Source: Hyphomonas sp.
GTDB lineage: Bacteria; Pseudomonadota; Alphaproteobacteria; Caulobacterales; Hyphomonadaceae
Direction: 5' to 3'
Assembly: GCF_022844445.1 (NCBI RefSeq)
Contig: NZ_JALHLS010000013.1
Location: forward strand, 17,926-81,925
DNA length: 64,000 nucleotides
Shown: in pieces, positions 1 to 9,063 of the stretch
Position numbering within the stretch: the stretch's first letter is position 1
Layout: each line of letters starts with the position of its first letter
Position numbers and translations under genes: made by a program
Notes under the pieces: generated by a model
The model's input: the letters and a program-made list of their open reading frames with translations, nothing else
Database searches by the model: none
Told to the model about the DNA's origin: nothing

Positions 1-1
1 C

Positions 2-673
2 TTCGCACTGTCGCAGCTCGGCTTCCCGGCCGCCTCGCTCGCCGCCGTGCTTGGCGCCGCCGGTCTTGCCATCGGCCTCGCCTTGCAGGACACCCTGAAG
101 TCGGTCGCCGCCGGCGTGATGCTCGCCATCTTCCGTCCGTTCCGCATCGGCGATTTCGTGACGCTCGCCGGCCTGGACGGCACGGTCACCGACATCACAC
201 CCTTCACCACATCGATGCGCCAGATCGACAACAAGATTGTCTCGATCACCAACGACAAGGTCTGGGGCTCGCCCCTGATCAACCACACGCGTGAACCGCG
301 CCGCCGGCTCGACCTGTTCTTCACGGTCTCCTATGACGACGATCTCGACAAGGCGCTCGACGTGATGATCACGACCGCCGACGCGCACCCGGCTGTCCTC
401 AAGCATCTCGGCACCTGGGCAGGCGTCCACAACCTTGCCGACTGGTCGATCGAACTGCGCCTGCGCTGCTGGGTCGCCACGCCGGATTTCGTGCAGGTGA
501 AGGCGGACCTGATCAAGGCCATCAAGCAGGCCTTCGACCGGGAAGGCGTCACCATCCCATATCCGGTTCAGGTCGCCTACACCTATCCTGGCAAGGAAAA
601 GGCGCCGCCGAAGGACGTTGACTTCAGCCGTCATGGCACAACGCGCGAATACCCGACCAGCGACGATGAGTGA
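2..673 (+). CDS. mscS: Small-conductance mechanosensitive channel MscS, 5' end outside the window
   Basis: Frame is open from base 2. TM3 signature LGAAGLAIGLALQDTL, then RPFRIGDFV beta domain and a C-terminal AFDREGVTIPYP. Confidence 0.9.
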   Translation, partial: FALSQLGFPAASLAAVLGAAGLAIGLALQDTLKSVAAGVMLAIFRPFRIGDFVTLAGLDGTVTDITPFTTSMRQIDNKIVSITNDKVWGSPLINHTREPRRRLDLFFTVSYDDDLDKALDVMITTADAHPAVLKHLGTWAGVHNLADWSIELRLRCWVATPDFVQVKADLIKAIKQAFDREGVTIPYPVQVAYTYPGKEKAPPKDVDFSRHGTTREYPTSDDE

Positions 674-1031
674 TACACCGCGCCCGCCGAAAGAGTTGCC
701 GCAAGCCGCCCCGCCGGTGGCCGTTCCGGCACCGGTGCCGACTACGCCGCCGAAACCCTTCTTTGTGCGCGCCTTCAGCCTGAGCATCGGGCAGGCATTG
801 CGCCTTCTGCTGATCAGCACGCTCGTCGGCTTCTTCGTCCTTGCGTTCGACTATGCGCCGGGCGCCACCACCTTCGATGTCGGCGGCGCGTTCACGGCCA
901 TCATCCACCGCGCCTTCACGGCCATCGGCTGGGCGCTGGAAAGCTTCTGGAAGCCGGCCCTTGCGGGCGCGGTCGTTGTACTGCCGATCTGGGCGATCTG
1001 GCGCCTCGTGCGGATGCCTTTCCGCAAGTGA
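666..1031 (+). CDS. Small membrane protein, DUF6460-like, with Pro-rich N-terminus
   Basis: ATG at 666 overlaps the mscS end. Two hydrophobic segments (LLLISTLVGFFVLAF; ALAGAVVVLPIWAIWRL). Confidence 0.65.
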   Translation: MSDTPRPPKELPQAAPPVAVPAPVPTTPPKPFFVRAFSLSIGQALRLLLISTLVGFFVLAFDYAPGATTFDVGGAFTAIIHRAFTAIGWALESFWKPALAGAVVVLPIWAIWRLVRMPFRK

Positions 1032-1032
1032 C

Positions 1033-2070
1033 CTAGACGACCGGCAGCGGCGGGGCAGTGAGCTTCAAGAGCTGCTTGCCGAGGTTCTTGCCCTCGAACA
1101 GGCGGCGCAGCGTGGCCGGACAGTTCTCGAACCCGTGCTGTACATCCTCCAGCGTCTTCAGCTTGCCTTCGGCAATCAGCTTCGACAGCGCGGCCACGCC
1201 TTCAGCCCAGCGCGGCGCGTAGTCGAGAATGATGAAGCCCTCCATCCGCGCCCGCATCACGGTCAGCTGCATGTAGCTGCGCAGACCCTGCATCTGGCTC
1301 AGGTCTTCGGCATTGTAGGACGAGATACCGCCGCACAGGACGATCCGTGCCCGGAGGGCCAGGTTCATCAGCGCCGCCTCGAGGATATCGCCGCCGACAT
1401 TCTCGAACACCACGTTCACGCCCTTCGGCGCGTGCGCCTTGATCGCGGCAGCGACATTCTCGCGCTTGTAGTCGATGCAATAGTCTGCGCCCGCGACTTC
1501 CGTCACCCAGCGGCACTTGTCCGGCCCGCCAGCAATGCCGATGACCTTGCAGCCGAGTGCCTTGGCCACCTGCACGACAACCGACCCGGTCGCGCCTGCC
1601 GCGCCGGACACGAGCACCGTGTCACCCGCCTTTGGCTGGCCGACATCGGTCAGGCCGAACCAGGCCGTCAGCCCGGTCACCCCGAACACGCCGAGCGCCT
1701 GCTCCGGCGTGATGCCCTTGCGTACCGGCGCGACCGGGCCTGTCTCGGTCATGCCCTTGGTGATGACATATTCCTGCCAGCCGAAGGTGCCCTGCACCAT
1801 CTGTCCGGGCTGGAAGCCCGGATGGTTCGACTTGATAACCTGCCCGACCGCCCCTGCGCGCACCGGCGCGCCGATCTTGACCGCGGGCAGGTAAGTGTCC
1901 GCCGCGAGCCAGCCGCGCTGCGTGGGATCGAACGACAGGTCGGTTACCCGCACCAGGAACTCGCCCTCGCCCGGTTCTGGGATCGGGCCTTCATCCAGCC
2001 GGAAGTCCGTATCCTTGATCATACCCTGCGGCCGCGTCTCCAGCAGCCAGCGGCGGTTCGTGCCTGCCAT
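1033..2070 (-). CDS. NADP-dependent oxidoreductase (MDR, prostaglandin reductase/CurA-like)
   Basis: Motifs LSFDPTQRGW, VSGAAGATGS, FENVGG and GKNLGKQL. GGAGGA RBS 4-5 nt before ATG 2070. Confidence 0.9.
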   Translation of the reverse strand: MAGTNRRWLLETRPQGMIKDTDFRLDEGPIPEPGEGEFLVRVTDLSFDPTQRGWLAADTYLPAVKIGAPVRAGAVGQVIKSNHPGFQPGQMVQGTFGWQEYVITKGMTETGPVAPVRKGITPEQALGVFGVTGLTAWFGLTDVGQPKAGDTVLVSGAAGATGSVVVQVAKALGCKVIGIAGGPDKCRWVTEVAGADYCIDYKRENVAAAIKAHAPKGVNVVFENVGGDILEAALMNLALRARIVLCGGISSYNAEDLSQMQGLRSYMQLTVMRARMEGFIILDYAPRWAEGVAALSKLIAEGKLKTLEDVQHGFENCPATLRRLFEGKNLGKQLLKLTAPPLPVV

Positions 2071-2134
2071 CATTTCCTCCCGTTTGATTGAACGTCCAAA
2101 TCGGACCGATCGCGCGGCGGCGCAAGCTGCGCCG

Positions 2135-2551
2135 CTAGGACACCGGCTTCCAGATCTGCGTCTGGCAGATCGGTCCGATGCAGCCCTTCACTTCGAGGTT
2201 GCCGTTGCCCAGACGCCTGAGGCGCGCGTCATAGGTTTGCCCGTCTTCGGGATCTTTGATCCTGCCGCCGCGCCAGTCCTTGGCCTTCTTTGCGAAGCCG
2301 TGAAGCAGCCGGTAGCCAAGGATCCGTTCGCCCTTGTCATTCAGGACAGTGTCGGGCGCGACCCCTTCTGGCAATTCGGCCGGGTTCAGCCAGACGATGT
2401 GTCCGCATGGGCTGCCGTTGCCGCAGTCCCCGATCTCGACCCGCGAGCGACCATCGGGCAGGGAGAATGTGCCGAATACATTCAGCGTATCGGCTGCCGC
2501 CGGACCACCGATTGATGACGCGACGACAGCTGCCAAGACCATTCGTTTCAT
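2135..2551 (-). CDS. DUF2147-family exported protein
   Basis: Signal peptide MKRMVLAAVVASS, then CGHIVW, W-x-GGRIKDPEDGQTY, LEVKGCIG and CQTQIW. Start trimmed from the long track ORF. Confidence 0.85.
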   Translation of the reverse strand: MKRMVLAAVVASSIGGPAAADTLNVFGTFSLPDGRSRVEIGDCGNGSPCGHIVWLNPAELPEGVAPDTVLNDKGERILGYRLLHGFAKKAKDWRGGRIKDPEDGQTYDARLRRLGNGNLEVKGCIGPICQTQIWKPVS

Positions 2552-2615
2552 GGATGCCTCCTCCGAAACACGCAGTATAGTCATCTCAGATAGGGCGACT
2601 TCAAGGGAGAAACCA

Positions 2616-3518
2616 ATGGATACTTCGAAACTCATGTTCAAGGACGGCCTGATGAAGGGCGAGCGCATCCTCGTCACGGGCGGCGGTACCGGCCTTGGCA
2701 AGGAAATGGCCGAGGGCTTCCTGAAGCTCGGGGCCGAAGTCCACATCTGCGGCCGCCGCGGCGGCGTCTGCGAGGAGACCGCCGCCGAACTGATGAACAA
2801 GCATGGCGGCAAGGTCGTGCCCCACGCCTGCGACATCCGCGTCGCACAGGCCATCAGCGACATGAACGACGAGATCTGGGCGAAACACGGGCCTCTGACC
2901 GGGCTCATCAACAACGCCGCCGGCAACTTCATCAGCCGCACCGAAGACCTCTCGATCCGCGGCTTCGACGCGATCTCCAACATCGTCTTCCGCGGCACGT
3001 TTTACATGACGCAGGATATCGGCAAGCGCTGGATCAAGGGCAAGCAGCGCGGCAGCGTCTGTTCCATCCTCACCACCTGGGTATGGAACGGCGGCCCGTT
3101 CGTCGTGCCGTCCGCCATGTCGAAAGCTGCCGTCAATACAATGACGCAATCGCTCGCCGTCGAGTGGGGCCGCTACGGCCTGCGCTTCAACGCTATCGCG
3201 CCCGGCCCGTTCCCGACCGAAGGCATGTCGAAACGCCTCTCGCCGGACGCAGACGGCGCCGAACGGATGGAACGGGGCGTCGCCAACCCAATGGGCCGCG
3301 TCGGCGAGATGCATGAGCTCGTGAACCTCGCCGTGCTGCTGATGGCACCCGGCGCCGAATACATCAACGGCCAGACCATCGCCATCGACGGCGCCATGTA
3401 CAACGCTTCCGGCGGCAACTTCGCCATGCTGACCGCCTGGGGCGACGAGCAATGGGAAGCCGCCCGCAACGCGATCGAGGCCACGAACGCACAGGACAAG
3501 GCGAAGCGAACCGTATAA
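2616..3518 (+). CDS. SDR oxidoreductase, 2,4-dienoyl-CoA reductase-like
   Basis: TGGGTGLG, NNAAGNF, SAMSKAAV (no catalytic Tyr, as in DECR) and NAIAPGPF. GGGAGA RBS upstream. Confidence 0.88.
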   Translation: MDTSKLMFKDGLMKGERILVTGGGTGLGKEMAEGFLKLGAEVHICGRRGGVCEETAAELMNKHGGKVVPHACDIRVAQAISDMNDEIWAKHGPLTGLINNAAGNFISRTEDLSIRGFDAISNIVFRGTFYMTQDIGKRWIKGKQRGSVCSILTTWVWNGGPFVVPSAMSKAAVNTMTQSLAVEWGRYGLRFNAIAPGPFPTEGMSKRLSPDADGAERMERGVANPMGRVGEMHELVNLAVLLMAPGAEYINGQTIAIDGAMYNASGGNFAMLTAWGDEQWEAARNAIEATNAQDKAKRTV

Positions 3519-3576
3519 GCAGAATGCCGCTCCGCCCTCTGCAAGGGGGCGGCGGCTGGCTTGACGGGGGTAAGGC

Positions 3577-4578
3577 ATGCAGGAACCGAACCGGGATATA
3601 TTCCCTACGCCGGCGATGCTGGACCGCTTTCCCAACATTACGCCCCTCCTGAAGAACGAAGCCATCGAGACCGCTTTCATGCGCCATGAGGTGCTGTCGG
3701 TCTCGGGCAAGAAACGGTTCCACCAGCTTGGCCTCGTGTCGATGGTATTGATCGCGGGCAGTGCGATCTACACAATTGCCGAGGCGCTGCTGTTCAAAGA
3801 CGCCGGCAACCAGATCATCAGCATCCTCGGTGCCATCTGCGCCGCCGTCGGCATCAGCGCACAGGTCTATTCGCTGGCCGCGCGGGTGAAGAGCCGCTGG
3901 CTGGTCAACCGCTTCGCTTGCGAGCGCCTGCGCTCGATCAAGTTCCAGATGTACTCGCTTGCCGCAAGCGCGCGCGACGAGGCCGAGCTCGCCGCCCGCA
4001 CACGCCAGCTGACGGCGGTGGAGCTCGCCCGGCTCGAAAGTGAACTCAACATGGGCATCTCCATCTTCGAGGCCTTCGTGCCGGAAAAGTGCGTTATCGT
4101 GCCCGCGCCCGGCCCAGGCCCCGCCAATGCCGAGATCACCAGCGAAGCGATGACCGCCTTCCGCGAGCTGCGCCTGCTCTACCAGGATCGCTACGCCGCC
4201 GCCGAGCTGCACCGCCTGCGCGAGCACCGCCGCGCCTTCCACTCCGCCGCCGACATCCTCTACTTCTCGGGCGCATGCCTGGTGCTGCTGTCGCTGCTCG
4301 CCAAGACCGTTCCAGGCGTCGAGATCAGCAACTGGGTCGATTTCCTCGCGACCTCGGCCTTCGTCCTGTCGATCTCGAAGTCCGTGCTCGACAGCACATC
4401 TCTGACTGACCCGTCTGCCGCCCGCTTCGTACGCTACCGGGAAGATATCGCGGAAGTCCAACGCCGCATTGAGCATGGCGGCACGCTGGACGAGGTCGTA
4501 CCGCAAATGGAGCGTATCGCGCTCGGAGAGCTTGAGGAATTCTGCGACGCGTCGAAGTCGATCAACTACCGGCTCTGA
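3577..4578 (+). CDS. Membrane protein with two 2TM modules, DUF4231/SLATT-like
   Basis: Two pairs of hydrophobic helices. First pair followed by W-x3-R-x2-(C)E-x-LRS-x2-F, second by ARF-x2-Y ... MERIALGELEEF. These resemble SLATT-family patterns; recognised by eye. Confidence 0.55.
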   Translation: MQEPNRDIFPTPAMLDRFPNITPLLKNEAIETAFMRHEVLSVSGKKRFHQLGLVSMVLIAGSAIYTIAEALLFKDAGNQIISILGAICAAVGISAQVYSLAARVKSRWLVNRFACERLRSIKFQMYSLAASARDEAELAARTRQLTAVELARLESELNMGISIFEAFVPEKCVIVPAPGPGPANAEITSEAMTAFRELRLLYQDRYAAAELHRLREHRRAFHSAADILYFSGACLVLLSLLAKTVPGVEISNWVDFLATSAFVLSISKSVLDSTSLTDPSAARFVRYREDIAEVQRRIEHGGTLDEVVPQMERIALGELEEFCDASKSINYRL

Positions 4579-5550
4579 TCACATCACGATGGCGACCTTG
4601 CCAACCACTTCGCGGCTGCGCATCATCTCGAAGGCGCGCCGCCACTCAGCCAGCGGCACCTCGGCATGGATGCGCGGGCGCACCTTGCCTTCCTCTGCCC
4701 ATTTCCAGATGGCGGCCGTGTTCTCGCGGCCCCGGTCCGGGAATTGCCTGCCGTATTCACCTGCCCGCACGCCGACCACCGAGAAGCCTTTGATCAGCGG
4801 CATGTTGACGCTCACGGACGGTATTCGCCCGGATGTGAAGCCAATGATCAGCAGCCGTCCGTCAAAGGCGATACACCGCACGCTTTCGTCGAACACATCG
4901 CCGCCGACCGGATCATAGATCACATCCGCGCCGCGCCCGCCGGTCAACGCCTTCACCGTCTCCCGGAAGCCTGTGTCCGGCAGCACATGGTCGGCGCCGT
5001 ACTCCTTCAGTATGCGGCGTTTGGCTTCTGAGGCCGACGTCGCGATGACCTTCGCGCCAAGCATGCGGCCGACGTCCACGGCAGCGAGGCCCACGCCGCC
5101 GCTCGCGCCGTGAACCAGCAATGTCTCGCCGGGCTGCAGGTTGCCGCGCCGCACCAGCGCCACATAAGCGGTGAGATAGGCCGCACCATAGGAAGCGGCG
5201 GCGGCAAAGCTGATCGCATCGGGCTTCCTGCGCAGCGCGGCGGCCGGCACGATCGCCGCTTCAGCAAATGCGCCTATCCGGTTGCCGCCAACGACGGCGT
5301 CGCCCACCGCAAAGCCGGTCACGCCTTCACCCAGCGCATCGACCAGACCGGAGAATTCCATGCCAAGCACGAAGGGCAGGTCAGGCTTCAGCTGGTACTT
5401 GCCTTCGGTCATCAACAGGTCCGGGAAGTTCAGGCTGGACGCCTTGATCCGGACACGGACCTGTCCCGGCCCTGGCTGCGGCAGCTCGCGCTCTTCCAGC
5501 GCCACGCCGGCATAATCCGGCGCCAGCGCCGAGCAGACGAGCGCCTTCAT
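4579..5550 (-). CDS. NADPH:quinone oxidoreductase family protein (zinc-independent MDR)
   Basis: ASSLNFPDLL, GMEFSG, HGASGGVG, YDPVGG and GKVAIV. Confidence 0.92.
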   Translation of the reverse strand: MKALVCSALAPDYAGVALEERELPQPGPGQVRVRIKASSLNFPDLLMTEGKYQLKPDLPFVLGMEFSGLVDALGEGVTGFAVGDAVVGGNRIGAFAEAAIVPAAALRRKPDAISFAAAASYGAAYLTAYVALVRRGNLQPGETLLVHGASGGVGLAAVDVGRMLGAKVIATSASEAKRRILKEYGADHVLPDTGFRETVKALTGGRGADVIYDPVGGDVFDESVRCIAFDGRLLIIGFTSGRIPSVSVNMPLIKGFSVVGVRAGEYGRQFPDRGRENTAAIWKWAEEGKVRPRIHAEVPLAEWRRAFEMMRSREVVGKVAIVM

Positions 5551-6596
5551 GCCGGGACCCGAGCCGCCTTCGCGAACATGTCGTGTACCATCTCGGCGAT
5601 TTCCTGGCAGGCCGCGCGCGAACCGGGTGAGATATAGGTGAAGGCCGTGAAGGCATGCGCCAGCTCATCATAGCGCTTGTGCATCACCGGGACGCCGGCG
5701 GCTTTGAGGCGCGCGGCATACTCGTCGCCCTCGTCCGATAGCGGATCATGCCCGGCCGTGATCACGACCGCCGGCGGCAGGCCGGAAAGATCCGTCTCCT
5801 GGCCCGGCGAGACGCGCAGGTCGCGGTGGTCGAAGCCTTCCGGCAGGTATTGCTTCATGAACCACTCCATCGTGTCCTGGCTCAGGGAGAAGGTTTTCGA
5901 GAAGGCCTTCTTCGATGGATAATCCTTTGAGATGTCGATGGCCGGATAGATCAGCAGCTGGAAGGCCGGGACGGGGCCGCCCTCGCGTTTCATCTGCTGG
6001 CTTATGATGGCCGAAAAATTGCCGCCCATGCTGTCGCCGCCGACCGCCGCTGTGCCCGGCAGCGCGCCGAACTGGGCCGCGCGCTCGACCCCCCAGCGAT
6101 AGGCTGCGATACAGTCATTGAGGCCCGCCGGGAAAATGTGCTTCGGAGCCAGCCGGTAGTCCACCGACAAGACCGGCGCCTGCGCGCCCTGCGCCAGCAT
6201 CGAGCACCAGAAATGGCAGGTGTCGAGATCGCCGACCACACCGCCGCCCATGTGGAAATAGACGATCAGCGGATGGCGCGGATCCTGCGAGGAGGGCCGG
6301 TACATCCGCGCGGGAATGGTGTTTCCGTCCGGACCCGGAATAATGAAGGTGGAGAAACTGGTGCTGCTGCTCGGAATGTCGGCCAGCAGAGCGAACTGCG
6401 CCTTGACACCCTCCTGCACCGCCTCGGCCGGCAGGCTGGACAACGGCGGCGCATTGCGTCCGGTCCATGCGATCAGTTGCAACTGGGGCTCCAGCGTGCG
6501 CCCTGCCACAGTCAAAGGCGCGCCCCCGGACATCTTGACGATCAGGCTTCCGGGCAGGTTTGAGAATGTCTTGGCGAGAATGCGCTGCAGGCTCAT
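5547..6596 (-). CDS. Alpha/beta hydrolase, hormone-sensitive lipase family esterase
   Basis: HMGGG oxyanion region, VDYRLAP, GDSMGG nucleophile, DPLSDEG and HAF. ATGA overlap with the downstream QOR gene. Confidence 0.9.
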   Translation of the reverse strand: MSLQRILAKTFSNLPGSLIVKMSGGAPLTVAGRTLEPQLQLIAWTGRNAPPLSSLPAEAVQEGVKAQFALLADIPSSSTSFSTFIIPGPDGNTIPARMYRPSSQDPRHPLIVYFHMGGGVVGDLDTCHFWCSMLAQGAQAPVLSVDYRLAPKHIFPAGLNDCIAAYRWGVERAAQFGALPGTAAVGGDSMGGNFSAIISQQMKREGGPVPAFQLLIYPAIDISKDYPSKKAFSKTFSLSQDTMEWFMKQYLPEGFDHRDLRVSPGQETDLSGLPPAVVITAGHDPLSDEGDEYAARLKAAGVPVMHKRYDELAHAFTAFTYISPGSRAACQEIAEMVHDMFAKAARVPA

Positions 6597-6664
6597 GTGG
6601 CCCAGATTCCTTGAGTCGCGGAGGCGCAATGATGGGCCACTTTTTCAGCGGCGCCAAGGGGTGT

Positions 6665-6686
6665 CGCCGGGGAGGTCCCCCCGGCG
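6665..6686 (-). terminator. GC-rich hairpin downstream of the TetR gene
   Basis: cgccgggg-aggtcc-ccccggcg, an 8-bp stem 7 nt past the stop. No U-tract directly after it. Confidence 0.35.
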
Positions 6687-6693
6687 CTGCACG

Positions 6694-7317
6694 TCAGCGC
6701 TGCATCATCGCCCGGCCGCCGGCGAGGACGAGGCTGGCCGCAAAACGGGTCGCACCCTCGACGTCCACCGGACGGCGCTGCAGCATGTAGTCGCCCATCT
6801 CCCGCGCAATGCCGATGGCAGCCGCCGTCAGGTATTCCAGGTCCATTCCTGCCGCCGCTTCACCAGATAGCGTCGTCTCGAGGTCAGCGCGGATCTCTTC
6901 GGCCACGGCCAGCATCTCGGGTGTGTCGACGCGCACGCCCATCAGCGCCAGATGCGGCGCGCCCGCCTTGATCGCTTCTTCGTTCTCACGGGCAATGAAG
7001 CTGAAATAGGCCCGGAAGGCGTGTTCAATATAATCTTCCAGCGAGGTGGTGCGCGCCCGCACTTCCGACAGGTGGGCCCGGAAGCGGTGGGTCGAATCCT
7101 CGGCGATCGCCTGGAACACCTCTTCCTTCGACTTGAAGTAATTGTAGAACGTGCCGGAGGCGAGGTTCGTCTCGCGGATGATGTCGCGCACGGTGGTCGC
7201 TTCATATCCGATCAACGCGAACACCCGGCGGGCCGCGGTCAGTATCGCCCGCCGGTTGGCAGCCTTGGTGTTTGCGCGCTTGCCGTTGGCGTGCGCGTCT
7301 GTTCCGATATCTGCCAT
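6694..7317 (-). CDS. TetR/AcrR family transcriptional regulator
   Basis: N-terminal HTH AARRVFALIGYEATTVRDIIRETNLASGTFYNYFKSKEE. Confidence 0.93.
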   Translation of the reverse strand: MADIGTDAHANGKRANTKAANRRAILTAARRVFALIGYEATTVRDIIRETNLASGTFYNYFKSKEEVFQAIAEDSTHRFRAHLSEVRARTTSLEDYIEHAFRAYFSFIARENEEAIKAGAPHLALMGVRVDTPEMLAVAEEIRADLETTLSGEAAAGMDLEYLTAAAIGIAREMGDYMLQRRPVDVEGATRFAASLVLAGGRAMMQR

Positions 7318-7385
7318 GTCTATTGCCCTGTACTCGCTCCGGTTTCGACCCTGCACCCGGCGTCACGAGGCGTCAACTTTGTAAT

Positions 7386-8018
7386 TCAGGGAATGTCTTC
7401 CGGCTTCCGGCCCGGGCGGGCCTTATAAGTCGGGAAGGACCAGCCGAAGCGCATTGCCCCGCCCCGGATAGCGAACGCCGCCAACGCCGCGGGCACCGCT
7501 GCCGTCATCACGGGAAGACCTGCCATCACCAGGCTGGTATAGGCCGCCGCGCCGACCAGCGCGGCCGTTATATAGATTTCCCGTTGCAGCACGATGCTCG
7601 GTTCGCCGGCCATCTGATCGCGCAGGATGCCGCCAAAACTGGCCGTAATCACACCCATCGTCACCGCGATCACCGGCGAACCGGTTACGCTATAGGCCTT
7701 CCAGGCGCCGAACACGCAATAGACCGCGAGGCCGATCGCATCGAGCCAGAGCAGCATCTTGTAGCGCGACTCGAACAGGTGGGCCGTGAAATAGACAATC
7801 ACCGCCGTGACGACGCAGATCAGCAGGTAGTCGGGATTGACGACCCAGAAGACGGGCACGTCGAGGATCAGGTCGCGCACCGTGCCGCCGCCAATGCCGG
7901 TGAGGGCGGCAAAGAACATGAAGCCAATGACATCCAGCTGCTTGCGCGAAGCCGCCAGCGCGCCGGTGGCGGCAAAAACGGCGATGCCGGCATAGTCGAG
8001 GATCAGGATCGGGTTCAT
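7386..8018 (-). CDS. UPF0126/TRIC (YadS-like) membrane protein
   Basis: Two internal repeats: GIAVFAATGA...GIGGGTVRD and DAIGLAVY...ASFGGILRD. Confidence 0.92.
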   Translation of the reverse strand: MNPILILDYAGIAVFAATGALAASRKQLDVIGFMFFAALTGIGGGTVRDLILDVPVFWVVNPDYLLICVVTAVIVYFTAHLFESRYKMLLWLDAIGLAVYCVFGAWKAYSVTGSPVIAVTMGVITASFGGILRDQMAGEPSIVLQREIYITAALVGAAAYTSLVMAGLPVMTAAVPAALAAFAIRGGAMRFGWSFPTYKARPGRKPEDIP

Positions 8019-8149
8019 GGCTCGCTCCTCTCATGATCTGCGGCAGGCGTGAAGCTCCAGGGTCGCAGAGGCGCGCTGCGCAGACCTGCCGTGTCTCGGC
8101 TGGACCTGCAGGTCAGGACCGCCGGCCTGCCCGGCTCTGAATTCTCCGG

Positions 8150-8187
8150 TTGACTTCCTGCTATATATCTATAAATCTGGATATATG
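8150..8187 (+). promoter_or_regulatory. arsR promoter with overlapping inverted-repeat operator; probably a leaderless transcript
   Basis: TTGACT at 8150-8155. Perfect inverted repeat ATATATC (8163-8169)-N10-GATATAT (8180-8186) covers the -10 region and the ATG at 8185. No RBS. Confidence 0.65.
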
Positions 8188-8529
8188 GAAATTACAACCG
8201 CTGTCGCCCAACTCTCCGCCCTCGCCCAGGAAGCCCGCCTGTCAGTCTTCCGCCTCCTCGTCCGCGCCGGCCATGACGGCCTGCCCGCCGGCGAAATCGC
8301 CGCCACACTCGGTATCGTGCAGAACACGCTGTCGGCCCAGCTCACGGTCCTCTCCCAGGCGGGCCTCGTGCGCAGCGAGCGTCGCGGGCGATCGATCATC
8401 TATTTTGCCAGTTACGAAACCATCAGTCAGCTGATCATCTACCTGATGGAAGACTGTTGCCAGGGTCGCAGCGAAATCCGCGGCCCTGTCCTCACCGCCA
8501 CCAGCAAGCCGTCTTGCTGCGGCACCTGA
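8185..8529 (+). CDS. arsR: ArsR/SmtB metalloregulator with C-terminal vicinal Cys pairs
   Basis: ALAQEARLSVFRLLV, wHTH with LSAQLTVL-x2-AGLV-x-SERRGRSIIY, and C-terminal LMEDCCQG...SCCG. Confidence 0.88.
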   Translation: MEITTAVAQLSALAQEARLSVFRLLVRAGHDGLPAGEIAATLGIVQNTLSAQLTVLSQAGLVRSERRGRSIIYFASYETISQLIIYLMEDCCQGRSEIRGPVLTATSKPSCCGT

Positions 8530-8556
8530 TCCCCCACCCAAACGGAGTTCCTCCCC

Positions 8557-9030
8557 ATGAAACGCCTGCATGTCCATGTCGCCGTCGAAAATCTTGCTGA
8601 TGCGACGCGCTTCTACTCGACCCTGTTCGCCGCCGATCCGACGGTGTCGAAGTCCGACTACGCCAAGTGGATGCTCGACGATCCGCGCGTGAACTTTGCG
8701 ATCAGTGCGCGCGGCGCGGCGCCCGGCGTCGAACATCTCGGTATCCAGGCAGAATCCGATGACGAACTGCGCGAGGTCTATGCCCGCCTGAAGTCCGCCG
8801 ATGCGCCTTTGCTCGAGGAAGGCGCGACCACCTGCTGCTATGCCCGGTCCGAGAAGAGCTGGGTCAATGACCCCGCCGGCGTGGCGTGGGAAGTCTTCCA
8901 TACGACCGGCGACAGCGCGACCTATGGCGGCGGTCCAGTTGTGGCGGACGCCCGCCTCGCGTCGACGCCGACCGGCATGGCCATTCCCGCCATTGCCGAA
9001 GCGTCGCCCCCGCGCGCCTGCGGCTGCTAG
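8557..9030 (+). CDS. arsI: ArsI/CadI family VOC metalloenzyme (C-As lyase-like)
   Basis: MKRLHVHVAV, YAKWMLDDPRVNFAIS, HLGIQ and TTCCYARSEKSWVNDP-x3-WE with the vicinal Cys pair. Confidence 0.85.
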   Translation: MKRLHVHVAVENLADATRFYSTLFAADPTVSKSDYAKWMLDDPRVNFAISARGAAPGVEHLGIQAESDDELREVYARLKSADAPLLEEGATTCCYARSEKSWVNDPAGVAWEVFHTTGDSATYGGGPVVADARLASTPTGMAIPAIAEASPPRACGC

Positions 9031-9036
9031 CCCTCC

Positions 9037-9060
9037 GCGGAGCCGCTTCGGCGGCTCCGC
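9037..9060. terminator. Hairpin between convergent arsI and DUF6498 genes
   Basis: Perfect 10-bp stem gcggagccgc/gcggctccgc with a C(UUCG)G tetraloop. Confidence 0.6.
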
Positions 9061-9063
9061 CCC

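Noticed and set aside
7352-7377. ACCCGGCGTCA shared between the TetR upstream region and 63654-63664
   Set aside because: An 11-nt GC-rich match is expected by chance; no functional link.
8019-8149. Possible glycine riboswitch upstream of the UPF0126 gene
   Set aside because: Core elements (GCCGAAG, CUCUCAGG) are absent on the coding strand; only short palindromes such as GACCTGCAGGTC are present.
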